DNA of 64,000 nucleotides from the NCBI RefSeq assembly GCF_963921235.1, contig NC_086097.1, positions 212,600,001 to 212,664,000 of the forward strand, written 5' to 3'. This stretch comes from Mobula hypostoma. Taxonomy: Eukaryota. Shown here in pieces: positions 23,924-37,799 of the stretch. The notes beneath the pieces are model-generated. The model was not told where the DNA came from and did not search any database. It saw only the letters and a program-made list of their open reading frames with translations. The stretch's first letter is position 1. Each line of letters begins with the position of its first letter. Both the position numbers and the translations under genes were made by a program.

Positions 23924-24786
23924 CATCATACTGCTAGTGTCTGCCACAGTGAAGACTGATGCAAAATACTTATTCAGTTCTTCTGCCATTCCCTTGTCCC
24001 CCATTACTACCTCTCCAGCATTATTTTCAAACGGTTTGATATCCACTCTCACCTCTAATTTACATTTTATGGATTTGAAGAAACTTTAGGCATCCTGTTG
24101 TAATATTGTTGGCTAGCTTACTTTCTTATTCTATCTTTTCCTTCTTAATGACTTTCTTAGTTGCCTTCTGTTGGTTTATTAAAATTTCCCAATCCTCTAA
24201 CATCACATTAATTTTTGCTCTATTGTATGCACTCCCTTTGGCTTTTATGTTGGCTTTAGCTTCTCTTGTCAGCCACAATAGTGTCAGCTTGTCTTTCGAA
24301 TACTTCTTCCTCTTTGGGATGTATATATCTTGTGCCTTCTGAATTGCTTCCAGAAATTCCAGCAATTGCTGCTCCACCATCATCCCTGCCAGTGTTCTTT
24401 TCCAATCAATTTTAGCCAGCTCCTCGCTTAAGCCTCTGTAATTCCCTTTAGTGCACTGTAATAATGATATATCTGTCTTTAGCTTCTCCTTCTCAAATTT
24501 TATCTGTCTTTAGCTTCTCCTTCTCAAATTTGAGGTTGAATTCGATCACATTATGATCACTTTCCTCTAAGGAATTTTTTACCTTAAGCTCTCTAACGAA
24601 TTCCAGTTCATTGCACCACACCCAATCCAAAATAGTTGATCCCTTAGTGGGCTCAACTGCGGGCTACTCCAAATAGTCATCCCATAGGCATTCTAGAAAC
24701 TCCTCCTCTTGGAATCCAGCACCAAATTGATTTCCCAATCTACCTGCATATTGAAATCTCTGATGACTATTGTAACATTGACCTAT

Positions 24787-25200
24787 ATCAGATGAATCCT
24801 CTATTTTTGTATCTCCATTTACTTCTTTCTTTTTGGCATTCCATTCATCCAGCTGGGCTTTGGTCTTTGCATCTCCTTTCACAAGCAACTTTTGGTCTCC
24901 CACTTGAACTTCATGCAATAACTTTAACGCATACAGAATAGATTCTGGTTCTTTATACTTACAAAAGACAAATGCTTGCAACTTTCCTAAAGTTCCTTGA
25001 ACTCTGTTCCAGCTTAAAACCAAGCCACATTTCATAAGTAACTGCCTGATTGACATATCAGAAGGTTTCTCAGACAGGATGACTACAAAAACTCTTTAAT
25101 CAGTTTCATACTTCCTCTGAGTAGCATGGTCCTTCTCTGCTCCTATATGCTTCCCAACCAGAGGCACAGAAATTGGGACCAACATCAGTGTATGGGCAAC
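24787..25200 (-). pseudogene. RBM25: RBM25 retrocopy fragment, part 1 (N-terminal region and RRM)
   Basis: LVPISVPLVGKHIGAEKDH...*RVFVVILSEKPSDMSIRQLLMKCGLVLSWNRVQGTLGKLQAFVFCKYKEPESILYALKLLHEVQVGDQKLLVKGDAKTKAQLDEWNAKKK matches recalled RBM25 (VGKHLGARKDH...SEKASDMLIRQLLAKCGLVLSWKRVQGASGKLQAFGFCEYKEPES...). Intronless, with an in-frame stop. Confidence 0.9.
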
Positions 25201-25807
25201 GGTTCATGGTGTTTGGCATGGATACAGCTATGTCATCATCCAATAACTGTCTTAATTCACTTTCAGTTGGCTTCTTGCAGTGAATGTTGCTTGCAAATAG
25301 TGGAAGGATCTCCAATCAGGTTGTAGTTGTAGCCACTCGCATCCCTGCGTTGCTGGTCCTCATGTTTTTACTACATACAACTTCAGTGTGGCTTGTTGGT
25401 TGTATTTCATTCCCATTGCAGTTATCTTTTCTCCAGTGTAAGTTCTTAGTAGGATACCTGCAGGCTTCAGTTTAGTCTCTTTAAAATGTCATTCAAACTC
25501 ATTTTATGGAATGACTGAAACAACTGAACCAGTGTCCAATTCCATTTCAATTAATTTGCTGTTCACTTCTTGTGTAAGCTGTATTGCTAGTCTATTATTA
25601 GTTTTCATATTGTGAATCTCAAGGCTACACAATCTGTATCACTCTCTTCATTATCAGATTGTTCATCAGCACCATGCAGATTGGTGATCTTTTTGAAACT
25701 GCAACTTGACTTTTTAGCATTTCCTTTTCTCTGTGCAGACCATTTATTTTTGTCTCCCTGACATACTCTTAGCATATGACGAACAAGAGAAAATCAGCAC
25801 CTGTTAG

Positions 25808-25915
25808 AAATTCAAACAACACAGACAAAATGCTGCAGGAACACAGCAGGCCAGGCAGCATCTGTGGAAAAAAGTAAACTGTCAATGTTTCGGGCTGAAG
25901 ACCATTCATCAGGAT
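25808..25915 (-). mobile_element. PLE terminal fragment with degenerate hammerhead, inserted in the Gypsy gag
   Basis: Minus strand reads CTGATGA-atggtcttcagccc-GAAA-cattgac followed by the PLE terminal sequence. Confidence 0.75.
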
Positions 25916-27221
25916 GAGATTCCACAAACTAAAGGATCTCTCAGTGTATCATTAAGCCCATTACCGAATTGGCAATCTCAGACAGTTTCTTCAATTCAGC
26001 CACATACGCTAAAATGGACTCCTCTTCTTTTTGATTCCACTTATGAAACCAAAAACATTCTGCAATCAGCAATGACCTTGGTGCTCATTGTTCCTGCATT
26101 ACTTTTACAATAGCAGCAAAGGTCAATTCTGATGGTTTGGTTGGACCTGTTAAATTTCAAAGCAAGCTAAATGCCTTTAAACGTAATGTGCTTAGCAAAA
26201 TTAGTACTCGCTTTTCATTGGCTATTGCATTTGCTCCAAAATACTGTTCCAATAGCTCAGCATACACCCAGTAGTCACACTTTATCAACCCTGAATTCTT
26301 CCATTTATGGCCTTTTTTAAAAACTCAATTATGTCTTCCCTTCTGAAGAACACGTGCACTCTGTTTCGCAATTCCTAGCTGCATTTTTTTTAGTTCGTAT
26401 GTCTTGCTGTGCTTGAAGGAGTCAATGCTCATTTCAGGGTTTGTTTAAAAAAAATACTTTGTCACCAGTGTTACGTCTCGTAACTTCAAAACATTAAGGA
26501 AGACACAGGAGCCCAAAATGCAGTGGTAACTTTGTCGTAACTTTAAGCGAGGTACACACATATCACGTGGTAACACGATGATAGATGCAATTCATATACT
26601 TGTACATATAGCGCATGATGAATTATTTAAAGAACAAGAATGCTTAATCAACCAATATATACAAGATTACTCCAATACAACTGAAATATTAAATACACAG
26701 CATTAACTATTTCCAGTCTGCACTGATAGATACATTCAACTTTAATTCCTTATTTGCTTATTTTACTTACTTCGTCAGCATTTCCATGTACATGATGTCA
26801 TGCAGTGTTGAAGAATGATGAATAAGAATTAACATTTATATTGCATTCTTCACTTTTCCTCAGGGCATTCCAAAGTGGCACACCAATGACAAAATCTTTC
26901 TGAAAAGCAATCACCATATGGCAGATAAACTTGGCAGCCAATTTGAGCTCAGCAAGACTCATTAACAGCAAAGCGATGAAATACTGGTTAATTTGTTTTG
27001 AACTTCGGAACTTCGATTTAGTGTCTCAACCAAAAGAAGACACACCTTTGGCAATATTATCTTTTACCATGAAATCTTGACTTAATTTATGACATTAACT
27101 TTAGAAACAGGAAACTTTGGATTTAGAAATAACCTAAAATTGAACACTTATACCTTAATATTAAAGAATAAAGTACTTGACGTTATTACTGTAGAAGTTT
27201 TCGGCAGATTTTTAACCTAAA

Positions 27222-27901
27222 GGGGGCAAGGAAGCAAAAAGGAAATTATTGACCTGTTAGCTTGACATCAGTGGTTGGGAAGTTGTTGGAGTCGATTGTC
27301 AAGGATGAGGTTGCAGAGTACCTGGAGGCATATGACAAGATAGGCAGAACTCAGCATGGATTCCTTAAAGAAAAATCCTGCCTGACAAACCTATTACAAT
27401 TTTTTGAGGAAATTACAAGTAGGCTAGACAAGGGAGACGCAGTGGATGTTGCATATTTGGATTTTCAGAAGGCCTTTGACAAGGTGCCACACATGAGGCT
27501 ACTTAACAAGATAAGAGTCCATGGAATATGGTAAAGTTCCACATGTGGATAGAGCATTGGCTGATTGGCAGGAAACAGAGAGTGGGAATAAAGCGATCCT
27601 ATTCTGGTTGGCTGCCGGTTACCAGTGGTGTTCCACAGGGGTCTGTTCTGGGGCCGCTTCTTTTTACATTGCACATCAACGATTTGGATTATGGAATAGA
27701 TGGCTTTGTGGGTAAGTTTGCTGACGATATGAAGATAGGTGGAGGGGCCGGTAGTGCTGAGGAAACTGAGAGTCTGCAGAGAGACTTGGATAGATTGGAA
27801 GAATGGGCAAAGAAGAGGCAAATGAAATACAATGTTGGAAAGTGTATGGTTATGCACTTTAGCAGAAGAAGTAAACGGGCAGACTATTATTTAAATGGAG
27901 A
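27222..27901 (+). mobile_element. CR1 RT fragment
   Basis: [45 protein letters not shown]. Confidence 0.9.
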
Positions 27902-28541
27902 AACCATAGAAACCATAGAAACTACAGCACAGAAACAGGCCTTTTGGACCTTCTTGGCTGTGCCGAACCATTTTCTGTCTACTCCCACTGACCTGCACAC
28001 GGACCATATCCCTCCATACACCGCCCATCCATGTATCTGTCCAATTTATTCTTAAATGTTAAAAAAGAATCCGCATTTACCACCTCGTCTGGCAGCTCAT
28101 TCCATACTCCCACCACTCTCTGTGTGAAGAAGCCAACCCTAATGTTCCCTTTAAACTTTTCCCCCCTCACCCTTAACCCATGTCCTCTGGTTTTTTTCTC
28201 CCCTTGCCTCAGTGGAAAAAGCCTGCTTGCATTCACTCTATCTATACCCGTAATAATTTTATATACCTCTATCAAATCTCCCCTCATTCTTCTACACTCC
28301 AGGGAATAAAGTCCTAACCTATTCAACCTTTCTCTGTAACTGAGTTTCTCAAGTCCCGGCAACAACCTTGTAAACCTTCTCTGTACCCTTTCAACCTTAT
28401 TAATATCCTTCCTGTAATTTGGTGACCAAAACTGAACTCAATACTCCAGATTCGGCCTCACCAATGCCTTATACAACCTCATCATAACATTCCAGCTCTT
28501 ATATTCAATACTTTGATTAATAAAGGCCATTGTACCAAAAG
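27902..28541 (-). mobile_element. Young CR1 subfamily, 3' fragment
   Basis: Tail aaccatagaaaccatagaaactacagcacag; nearly identical to 51520-51970 and 52692-53325. Confidence 0.92.
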
Positions 28542-29475
28542 TACGTCAGGGGTGTGTGCTTAGCCCAATGCTCTACTCTCTATATACACATGACTGTGTG
28601 GCTATGCAAAGCTCAAATACCATCCATAAATTTGCTGATGATACAACTATTGTTGGCAGAATTTCAGATGGTGACGAGAGGGTGTACGGGTGCAAGATAT
28701 ATCAGTTAGTTGAGTGGTGTCGCAGCAACAACCTTGCACCCAACATCTAAGACCAAAGAACTGATTATGGATTTCAGAAAAGGTAAGATGAGGGAACACA
28801 CACCTGCCCTCATAAAGGGATCAGAAGTGGAAAGAGTGAGCAATTTCAATCCCAGGTGTCAATATCTCTGAAAATTTATAGTGGACCCAACATATCGACA
28901 CAGTTACAAAGAAGACACAATAGTGGGCTATGTTTCATTAGGAATTTGAGGGGATTTGGTATGTCACCAAAGGAACTCACAAATTTCTACAGGTGTACCA
29001 TGGAAAGCATTCTAACTGGCAACACCACTGTCTGGTATAGGAGGCTACTGCACATGGATTGAAAGAAGCTACAGAGAGTTGTAAACATGGTCAGCTCCAT
29101 CGTGGGCACTAGCCTCCATAGTATCCAGAACATCTTCAAGGAGCAATGTCTTGAAAAGGTGGTATCCATCATTAAGGACCCCTATCACCCATGACATGCC
29201 CACTTCTCATTGCTACCATCAAGAAGGAGGTACAGAAGCCTGAAGGCACACATTCAGTGATTCAGGAACAGCTTCCCTCTGCTATATGATTTATGAATGG
29301 ACATCAAACCCATGAAAACTACCTCACTACTTCTTAATTTTTATTTTTGCAACACTTATTTAATTAAACTATATATATATTTACTGTAATTCACTTCTTT
29401 CTCTATTATTATGTATTGCATTGTGGTGCTGCTGCAAAGGCAACATATTTCATGACTTATTAAACCTGATTCTGA
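28542..29475 (+). mobile_element. Rex1/Babar LINE 3' portion
   Basis: QGCVLSPMLYSLYTHDC...KFADDTTIVG and a gattctga tail. Confidence 0.88.
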
Positions 29476-30099
29476 AACACTTCATCAATTGAGATATGGT
29501 AGGAATCTGGAGCGCTTGTGTGAATCCACATTGTCACAAGGCGAATATGCAAACTCCGCATACTGTAGATTAAGATTAAATCTGGGTCACTGCAGGTGTA
29601 AAACTGCTGCACTATGCCAAATTTGGGGTCATGGAAAAGTATCACTAAGGCTGGCTCTGCATACACCTCTGAATTCACTCAGGACAAGCGAAACAATCTC
29701 AGTGTTCCCTTCTAGGACAATATGCTCACTACTGAGGCCCAAGTTACACTTAGTGACTTGTGCTGGTCGGCTATGTCACTTACATGCTCCCAAAATACAC
29801 CCTCTGCTCTAAACTCTGTCATGGAAGGAGAAGGTCATGGGCATAGGAAAAGACTGAAAAACGTGCTCAAATTCTCCTTAATGAAATGCAACATCTTGGT
29901 TGTATGTGTGTACGGTCAGATGACAATAAACCTGAAGCTGACTTGACTTGATTTCACCCTTCTTATTTGTTTACATAATTCTGCGAAACTGCATACGTAA
30001 TTTAGAAACTAATTATATACGAGAATTGATGCACTTTCATATTACTGACAGCAGTGAGTCTGAGTTACTGTTGCTAAATTTAATATAATCAAAGGTTTA

Positions 30100-30640
30100 A
30101 AAAATCTGCTGGAAGCACTCAATAGAATCAATGGCTCAGGCAGCACCTGTGAGGGAAAAAAGATGGTCAATGCTTTTGGTCACCATTCTGAATCAGGACT
30201 GATCGTGTCCTGGAAGGGAGCCAATATATAGGCCTGAGAGGGAGGGGTGAGATAGTATTTTATAGGTGGAAGTATGAGAGATAACAACAAAAAATAGGCA
30301 AGTGGAGCCAGGTGTGTGAGGGGAGAGGAAGGGTAGAGAGAGTGTTCTAGCTAATAGGTGGAACCAATGAAAGAGGGAAGATAGGCAGACCAAGCCAATT
30401 GGGTGAAGATAAACCAAGAGAGAAGATAGATTCATGGGTGATGGGCAGATGCAACTAAGATGGGGAGGGTGATAAGTCTGGAAAATGAGGGAGGGGGATG
30501 GAGGGATGAAAATGATGGACAAAGGGAGAGAGACCTAAGATGGACTGGTGGCATTAGGAGAGGAATACAGGGCAACAGTTCACTTGAAATTGATATTTCA
30601 AATACCACCATCCATAGGCGACTCAAGTGGAATATGAAGT
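30100..30640 (-). mobile_element. Old, degenerate PLE 3' fragment
   Basis: Reverse complement resembles the PLE terminus, with purine-rich 3'UTR on plus and a GIY-YIG tail remnant at ~30585-30640. Confidence 0.55.
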
Positions 30641-31789
30641 TTATTTTTATTTAGATATAATATTATAAGCATGGATAATGCACTCACAAAAATTGTCTGC
30701 CTGGCACTATAGTCAGTTGTTCCATTTTCGTGTGCTCCATTCAAGTGTCACAATCTGTTGCCATGCACTAACTTGACATTATATATCACACTGTTAATTA
30801 CCTTACATTTCATATCCTTCAAACAGCAACCCGTAACATATAGCTGCAAATGTAGCAAAAATCAAGTTGTGTCAATTTCTTCAAAATACTTTCCACAAAT
30901 ATCTCAGCATCAAGTAATATTAATAAAATATGAATAAAATACAATAATAAAGTTAAATATACCTATAAAATTATATTCCTCTCTCTCAGAGGCTTCAATT
31001 AAAAATTTACCCTGCTGTTCCAGTCTCTTTCAGAGGTATGAAATCGCACTTGCTATTTAGAATGATCATCCTCTCAACTGAAGGGATTATCATCTACACC
31101 CATGCCCAAATTTTCCAAGATTCTGTACTCTGCAGACCACATGCACAATGCACGAGCATGCATAGTTCCCTGCAACAGGGAATATTTAAATGTACTCTTT
31201 CCATCCATTTTAATGGATGGAAATATGTCACAGTGAAGTTTTTATAAAATTGACTTCAAAATTCTTCATATTCCACTGGGTAAGGAAAATGCACCTATTT
31301 ATATTCTATACCCTAAAAACCCAGGATTTGAGTAGGTATTCCTCCTGAAGTTACCATTCCATCAACTGAACAGAGTTATGAAATATACACTTCTATCCAA
31401 ATCCCCTGACGCTGTAGTCTAAGAACGTGCTGTGTGCAAAAATTTGAACATGATGCTTTCTTGAAGCACAGTTTTTCACAGGCTGTAAGAGTAATTATAC
31501 AGTTGCTTTCTTTTCTTCAAGTTATTTGAAAATGAACTGGAACATAAATTGCAGAATGTGTTTAATGTTTGACAGAGGTACTTACAGAGTCCTAATTTTT
31601 AAATGACAGATGCTGAATCGGGAAAGAAAAGGATAGAGATCTATATTTCTTAACCAAAGAATTCATAAGACTTTACTTGTGCATTTGGGACATGCCAAGT
31701 TTTCACAGCTACTATCAGGCAGGAGTATGAAATCCCAAACCACTGAATTCAGAACAGCTACTTTGTAGGATAATGTAATGGGTGACATT

Positions 31790-33530
31790 ATGTCACATAT
31801 TGTTCATAACAGAAACTGCTCTATATAATTCACAAACACAGTCATTGAGTTATTATGTTCACTTTGAGAGATGGTGTCTGACATAATGACATTCGTGTAA
31901 GGTGACTGCTTTTGGTAAAGGGCTGCAGCTTTTGTTAAGCACGTAAAATGACTCTCGCATATTTTATTCACATAATCCTACGTTGGTGACCCCATCGCTC
32001 GTGAAAGATTCCATTGTTATTCAACGACGTGTTGACCAACGCAGTTGCTTTGTAGCTGCCAGGGTTTTACGAGAAATCACCATGGACAATACCAAATTTT
32101 ACTACATCGAAGCATCACTAAATAGTTCCACTGCAGAAAGAGTGGTGAGTCTGAGCACGCCAAACACTTGCTCTCTTAGTCCTCCCTGTGTGATGCTAAT
32201 TCTTGAGAACTAATGGACAACATGTTATCTTTCTTAAGCAATCCCCATCCTTGTTTTATTTTTAAAGAACTCTTCATGCAACAAATGCATGATCAAATTT
32301 GCACAGCTCTTGTTAATATGCCTGTGAAGGACTATAGGGAGGTTGCAAAAATGGCTGATAGCCCACATTCAGTCAGGCAGAGGTCCATAGTTCCTAATAC
32401 CCTTTTAAAAAGCTCTGTCAACATAGACTCCAGTAGACTCACACCTGCGGCTCCGAGCCAAACAACACAGGTCTATGTTTTTACCATGCACATTTCAGCA
32501 CAAGCGCCAAAAAGTGCTAGCCATCATGCAACTTTGACAGTGCCAGCACCTCGGGACATCGGAGGTCTGTGAACACAGTGGGTTCCAGCTGCCAGGGTCA
32601 TTTTTTAAAATTACAGACAATCTTTCAGGGCAACGCTTCCCGTGTGACATGGGTACTCAAGCGAATGTGCTGCCAGCATCACCCATTATTGTAAGTCGGA
32701 GAGTGTTGGACCCTCACTGGAGGCCGCTAATGGCAGCAGGATCCTGACTTATGGGACACGACAAGTGACGCTCTGCCTCAGTGGATGACACTACATATGG
32801 GACTTTGTCTTGGCTAAGATTGCTAGTCCTCTGCTCGGCACAGATTTCCTGTGTGCCAAAGGACTGTCAGTAGATCTTAAGAATTGCTGGCTTGTGAATG
32901 CAAAAGTAGTTGGGTCATTACTCTGTCTAGCGCATGCACCATCACATGTGAATTCACTCGCCTGCTGGTTGAATTCCCAAACCTCACCAAGCCTAAATTT
33001 TCCAGTACAGATACAAAGCATGGGGTTGAGTGCCACATTTCCACAGCTGGCACACCGGTACACAACCGTGCACATAGACTGGACTCAGAAGGCTGAGTTT
33101 TCTAATATGGAAAAGTTCAGCATTTTGCACATGTCTCATAGCCCTTAGGCTTCACCCCTCCACATTGTCCATGAGCCCGATGGTGGGTGCCAATCTTGTG
33201 ACGATTAGCACTGCTTTAATGAAGCCACCACACCCAATTGTTGCCCATCTCACATATTCAAGGCTTCTCGGCATGTTTAGCCAGAAAGATGATTTTTTCT
33301 GAAGTGGACTTAGTCAGGGGCTACCATCAGTTGCCTGTGTGCACTGCAGATGTTTCCCGTTTGGCCTGTTTGATTTACTGTGTATGCCATTTGGGCTGAA
33401 AAAAAATGCAGCACAGACTTTTCTGTGACTACTGGACTCATGTGAGAAAAGACTTAAATTTTCTTTTTGTTTACCCAGACAACATACTTGTTGCCAGCAC
33501 ATCCGAGCAATTATCCTGATTTTATTGAAG
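31790..33530 (+). mobile_element. Gypsy LTR retrotransposon remnant (LTR/PBS, gag, protease, partial RT)
   Basis: PBS-like TGGTGACCCC at ~31985, gag-like FIFKELFMQQM, protease-like LEAANGSRILTYG and PLLGTDFL, RT-like MPFGLKKNAAQTF at ~33384-33422. Left boundary uncertain. Confidence 0.78.
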
Positions 33531-33689
33531 GCTTAAATCAACCACAGGCAAAGGAGAAAAACCATGAAGGGATGACAAAAAAGATACAGTGGGACCACAT
33601 TCCAGATAAAACATGCTGAAACGGTGGAGCAGACTGAATGGGCCAAATGGCCCAATTCTGCTGGTACAGCTTATGTCTTATGAATGCAG

Positions 33690-34520
33690 TGCTCCCAACA
33701 CTCCTCTAATGGTGCCAATACTGGATGACCAACTTTGTGTCCTCTTATGTTAACCCAGTAAACCATTGCAAGCTTCAACGTAGATGTAAAGGTACTTTAC
33801 CTATTTCTAAGACAGATCTGATTAAAGCAATATACATTTGCTTAAGTGACCTCCTACTTGTTCCCAATCACACCCAACTAGGCACCTGAGTGCATTAAGG
33901 GAATTTTTTACAATTCTCCAGATTTCTATTTACATGCACCTTCCATGTCAGCCCTGTGTCCATCAACATATCTGGAAACTTTACCACTGACACTTGTTTA
34001 AGAGATTTACAATATAACTTAAGATTAATTGTAGGTATATTGCTCCTTTTAGAAAAACAAATGACCTGAGCTCTTGCAACAGAAAATTTAAACCGCCACC
34101 GACGTCCCCATTCTTCTACTTCATCAATGTCAGCCTGTATTTTCCTAACTATATAATTTATATTCCTGCCTCTCTTCCACACTGCACCATCATCAGCACA
34201 CCATGATTGGGAAATGTCTGAGCTCCTGTGTCACTTCCTTGTGTAGTCCCATTCCCTATCTCATACGCCCTGGAGAATGTTGTTCTGACCCTAACTTGAA
34301 TCTTCATGTCACATAAAAAAATTCAGTTGAATATTCTACCACCTATTCCCATCTTCTCAAGTTTAAGCAGCATCTCTTGAGTCCATAATATATCATAAGT
34401 TTTCTCTACATCAAAGAAAACTGCTACAACTGATTCTTTATTAACTTGGGCCTTACGAATATCAGATTCCAAACGCCAACACCTAGTCCATGGTCATTAT
34501 CCCTTTATGAAATCGGGATT
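33690..34520 (-). mobile_element. I/Nimb-like LINE RT fragment
   Basis: AVFFDVEKTYD and ADDGAVWKRGRN...EEWGRRWRFKFSV...LTWKVH motifs. Confidence 0.7.
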
Positions 34521-35665
34521 GGTATAAGACCATAAGACCATAAGACATAGGAGCAGATTTAGACCATTCAGCCCATTGAGTATACAAATAATTTTCCACT
34601 ACTTATCACAAGTTACTTAGCTACCATTTATCATTAATTAGATTTAGGTTATACATCCACACACAACTCTGTACTTGGAATCTATTCTGGGAATCAATTA
34701 GAAGACGATCTAAAAACTTGCTTATAGGGATTTTTTTCTTTGCAATTCGTCCATACTTTAAATGTTCATACAATTCCTTTCAATTATTGTGGTTTAAGCT
34801 CTCCAGCACATTTAGCCTTGCTAGAAAAATCAAGCAACATTTCATGAAAATAACAAATGCTAGAGTATTTTATTCCCTTTAATTTTTGACAAGTTATAAA
34901 TGGCAACAAAACATCCAGCTTGAAACAGAACCATACATGACCTGACATCTAGCATAAATAAACCTTTAGGCCACCTACAATCAGATTTACTTAGGTTAAT
35001 CTTCTGCTGGTATAGCTCATATTTCTACTTTACCAGTATGTTCTGATTTCTAGCTATTACATCAAAGTGTTCTTATTGAGGACGCAACAAGTTTAAGTTA
35101 ACAGAAGTAAAATTCACCAAGGATGCTCCTCACCACACCTAAGAGGCCTAAACTGCGAAAAAGGTTTCCTTTTTTCTACTAGAGAACCTGCCAAAATATG
35201 CCTTCACCCAAACAAATGTTTCCTTATCATACTCTGAGTCTCTAACACCAACATATATCCACTCTTCCTTTCTACACATTTCTGCTCTTACCACCTAAGA
35301 AAATATTGAAACCTGGCAAAAAAAAATTGCCCAGGACTATTGTGCATTTTCTAAAACACACCATTGGAAAATAAGCAGTATAAAACATAAAAATATTAAC
35401 AAAAGGCTGCAAAACATAATTGCAGCAACTAAAAGTTGAGAGTCCTTTGTGGCCCTGATAACAGGTGTCAAACGTCATATCTTACGCAATATCTGCTTAA
35501 TGCTGCTTAAGCAACTCCCATGTATTCATATTTAAAGTCTACTCTTTATATGATATTTATAAGATTTATTTGTATTACATTATAATTGGATGAACAAAGG
35601 CACATAATTCACCTTCATGACCTCATTATACTCGTATAATAATGGACAATAACAATTTATATACT

Positions 35666-36615
35666 AAGTGCATCTTTCCCTCCCCCCCCCTTCTGCTTTC
35701 TGCAGGGATCACTCCCTACGCGACTACCTTGTCCATTCGTCCCCCCCATTCCTTCTCACCACTCTCCCTCCCGGCACTTAATCCTTGTAAGCGGAACAAG
35801 TGCTACACTCCCTCACCACCATTCAGGGCCCCAGACAGTCCTTCCAGGTGAGGCGACACTTCACCTGTGAGTTGGCTGGTGTGATATACTGCGTCTGGTC
35901 TTCCCTGTGCAGCCTTCTATATATTGGTGAGACCCAACACAGACTGGGAGACCATTTCGCTGAACACCTACGCTCTGTCTGCCAGAGAAAGCAGGATTTC
36001 CCAGTGGCCACACATTTTAGTTCCACATCCCATTCCCATTCTGATATGTCTATCCACGGCCTCCTCTACTGTCAAAATGAATCCACACTCAGGTTGGAGG
36101 GACAACACCTTATATTCTGTCTGGGTAGCCTCTGACCTGATGGCATGAACATTGACTTCTCTAACTTCTGTTAATGCTCCTCCTCCCCTTCTTACCCCAT
36201 CCCTTATCTATCTATCTATCTAACTATCTTCTTATTTATTTATTTATTTATTTATTAATTATTTCCTTTTTTCTCTCTCTGTCCCTCTCACAATAACTCC
36301 TTGCCTGCTCTTCATCTTCCTCTGGTGCTCCCCTCCCCCTTTCTTTCTCCCTAGGCCTCCCGTCCCATGATCCTCTCCCATCTCCAGCCTTGTATCCCTT
36401 TTGCCAATCAACTTTACTGCTCTGAGCTTTGTCCCTCCCCCTTCTGTCTTCTCCTATCATTTCAGATCTCTCCCTCCCCCTCCCACTTTCAAATCTCTTA
36501 CTATCTCTTCTTTCAGCTAGTCCTGATGAAGGGTCTCAGCCCGAAACGTTGGCTGTGCTTCTTCCTATGGATGCTGTCTGGCTGCTGCATTCCACCAGCA
36601 TTTTGTGCGTGTTGC
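35666..36615 (+). mobile_element. Penelope-like element 3' portion (GIY-YIG, 3'UTR, hammerhead)
   Basis: ORF 35800-36135 GVIYCVW...LLYIGETQHRLGDHFAEHL; TSD ttatatact at 35657-35665 and 36616-36624. Confidence 0.92.
36519..36554 (+). ncRNA. Minimal hammerhead ribozyme motif
   Basis: AGTC-CTGATGA-A-GGGTCTCAGCCC-GAAA-C-GTT-GGCT: intact core, stem I with one G-U pair, GUU triplet. Confidence 0.75.
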
Positions 36616-37799
36616 TTATATACTGATCTATTCTCTTCCAACTAGCAGGGCTCATGGTTCTTTTAGGGGTTTAGCAAGTGTCATTGTTTTGATCATTGGC
36701 AGATGTCGTTTTGGTTGATTTCTGTTAGAGCCAGATGTGCAGACATATGCACTCATCAGGCTTGAAGAAAATAAACACATTTCCTAGAGAATGAAACTGA
36801 GGCTCCAGCTTTTTATGTCTCTTAAGATATAAAATCAAACCAGTCAGCTTCTTAGTTTCACAGAACATTTGACTCTGGTGCTTCAGATGAGATGTTAGCT
36901 ACTCACACGGGCCTGATAATACCTCACTTTGTGTTCTGCTATAACATTTAGATCAGTTTGAGTTGGGTTGTTCTGTGCCGTACCAGTTTAGCTCAGGACT
37001 TCCCACAGACCAGTTTGTTTTGGCATCCCTTGATCAGAGAGCAAATGAAAGCAGTGGCACAATAGAAGGGATATTACTGGCTGCTGGCTACAAGGCAGAT
37101 TTACAGTCAGTGGCAGGGAGTGAAAGGTGTGGAAAGGGAGCATTGCTTGGGATTTGGGTGAACCTTTCCATGTTTTGTCATGAAGTTTCCCTCAGTACCA
37201 CGGAGATAACAGCCACTTAGAAAGGATGGGGGAGGGGCTGTGGGCTTGATTCAGCTTCTCAGGTCTGCTCCAAAATCAGTATCAGAGCACGATAGATTGA
37301 AAGTTCCTCAGACTAGGTTTGTCGGATCAGTAACATCCAGGTCACCTTTGGCTGAGATTCATTTTTTACAATAACCCTTGAGCCATTTTTGAGTGGTTAA
37401 ATATAAATGAACTCAAAAAGAAGTAGTCCATAAACATCACTTTGGTCATGATTTGGATTTTTGCCATTGGGGAGCTTGGCCACTGATTTTGTCCAAATTT
37501 AGAGATTCGATGTTCCACTAATTCTCCCCTTATTTTTCAGAAAATGGCAAATGACTATGAACCTTGCGGCACTGTAGAGCCAAATGATAAAACGAAAAGG
37601 AAAAAGAAGTGTATGTAAAGTTTAGGAAGCTGAAATCTTGCAAGACCTTTGATGAATATAAAAGAAGTATGAGATAACTTAAGCAGAGAATTGTGGGGGG
37701 GGGGGTGTTGCTAAAAGTGGCCATGAGATGTCTTTGTAAGGAGGATTAAAGTGAATCCGCCTGCATGTTCTACATTCTTTCTACATCCAGTCAGGGCTG

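Larger units (their letters stand above)
20819..24786 (-). mobile_element. CR1 LINE, 5'-truncated, inserted into the RBM25 fragment
   Basis: Tail accataag at ~20823, RT ORF remnants at 20942-21574 and 21884-22444, APE-linker region at 23924-24786. Confidence 0.9.
20175..26702 (-). mobile_element. Gypsy (Mag-like) LTR retrotransposon, decayed, carrying a captured RBM25 cDNA fragment
   Basis: Direct LTRs at 20175-~20419 and 26469-26702; TSD TTAAC at 20170-20174 and 26703-26707; PBS TGGTGACA at 26460-26467; PPT AGGGAGGAGGG at ~20420-20430; gag remnant (ELLEQYFGANAI...AYVAELKKLSE) at ~25920-26280; protease ELDTGS at ~25525-25542; pol C-terminus ERPYPTRVRNLPQCLNL* at ~20555-20615. Confidence 0.9.

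Noticed and set aside
24470..24531. ~30-bp tandem duplication in CR1
   Set aside because: Simple local slippage in a dead element; no functional signal.
20668..25200. Functional RBM25 gene with the CR1 as an intron
   Set aside because: Partial, with an in-frame stop and a deletion, no splice signals recognised at the CR1 junctions, and it lies inside an LTR element.
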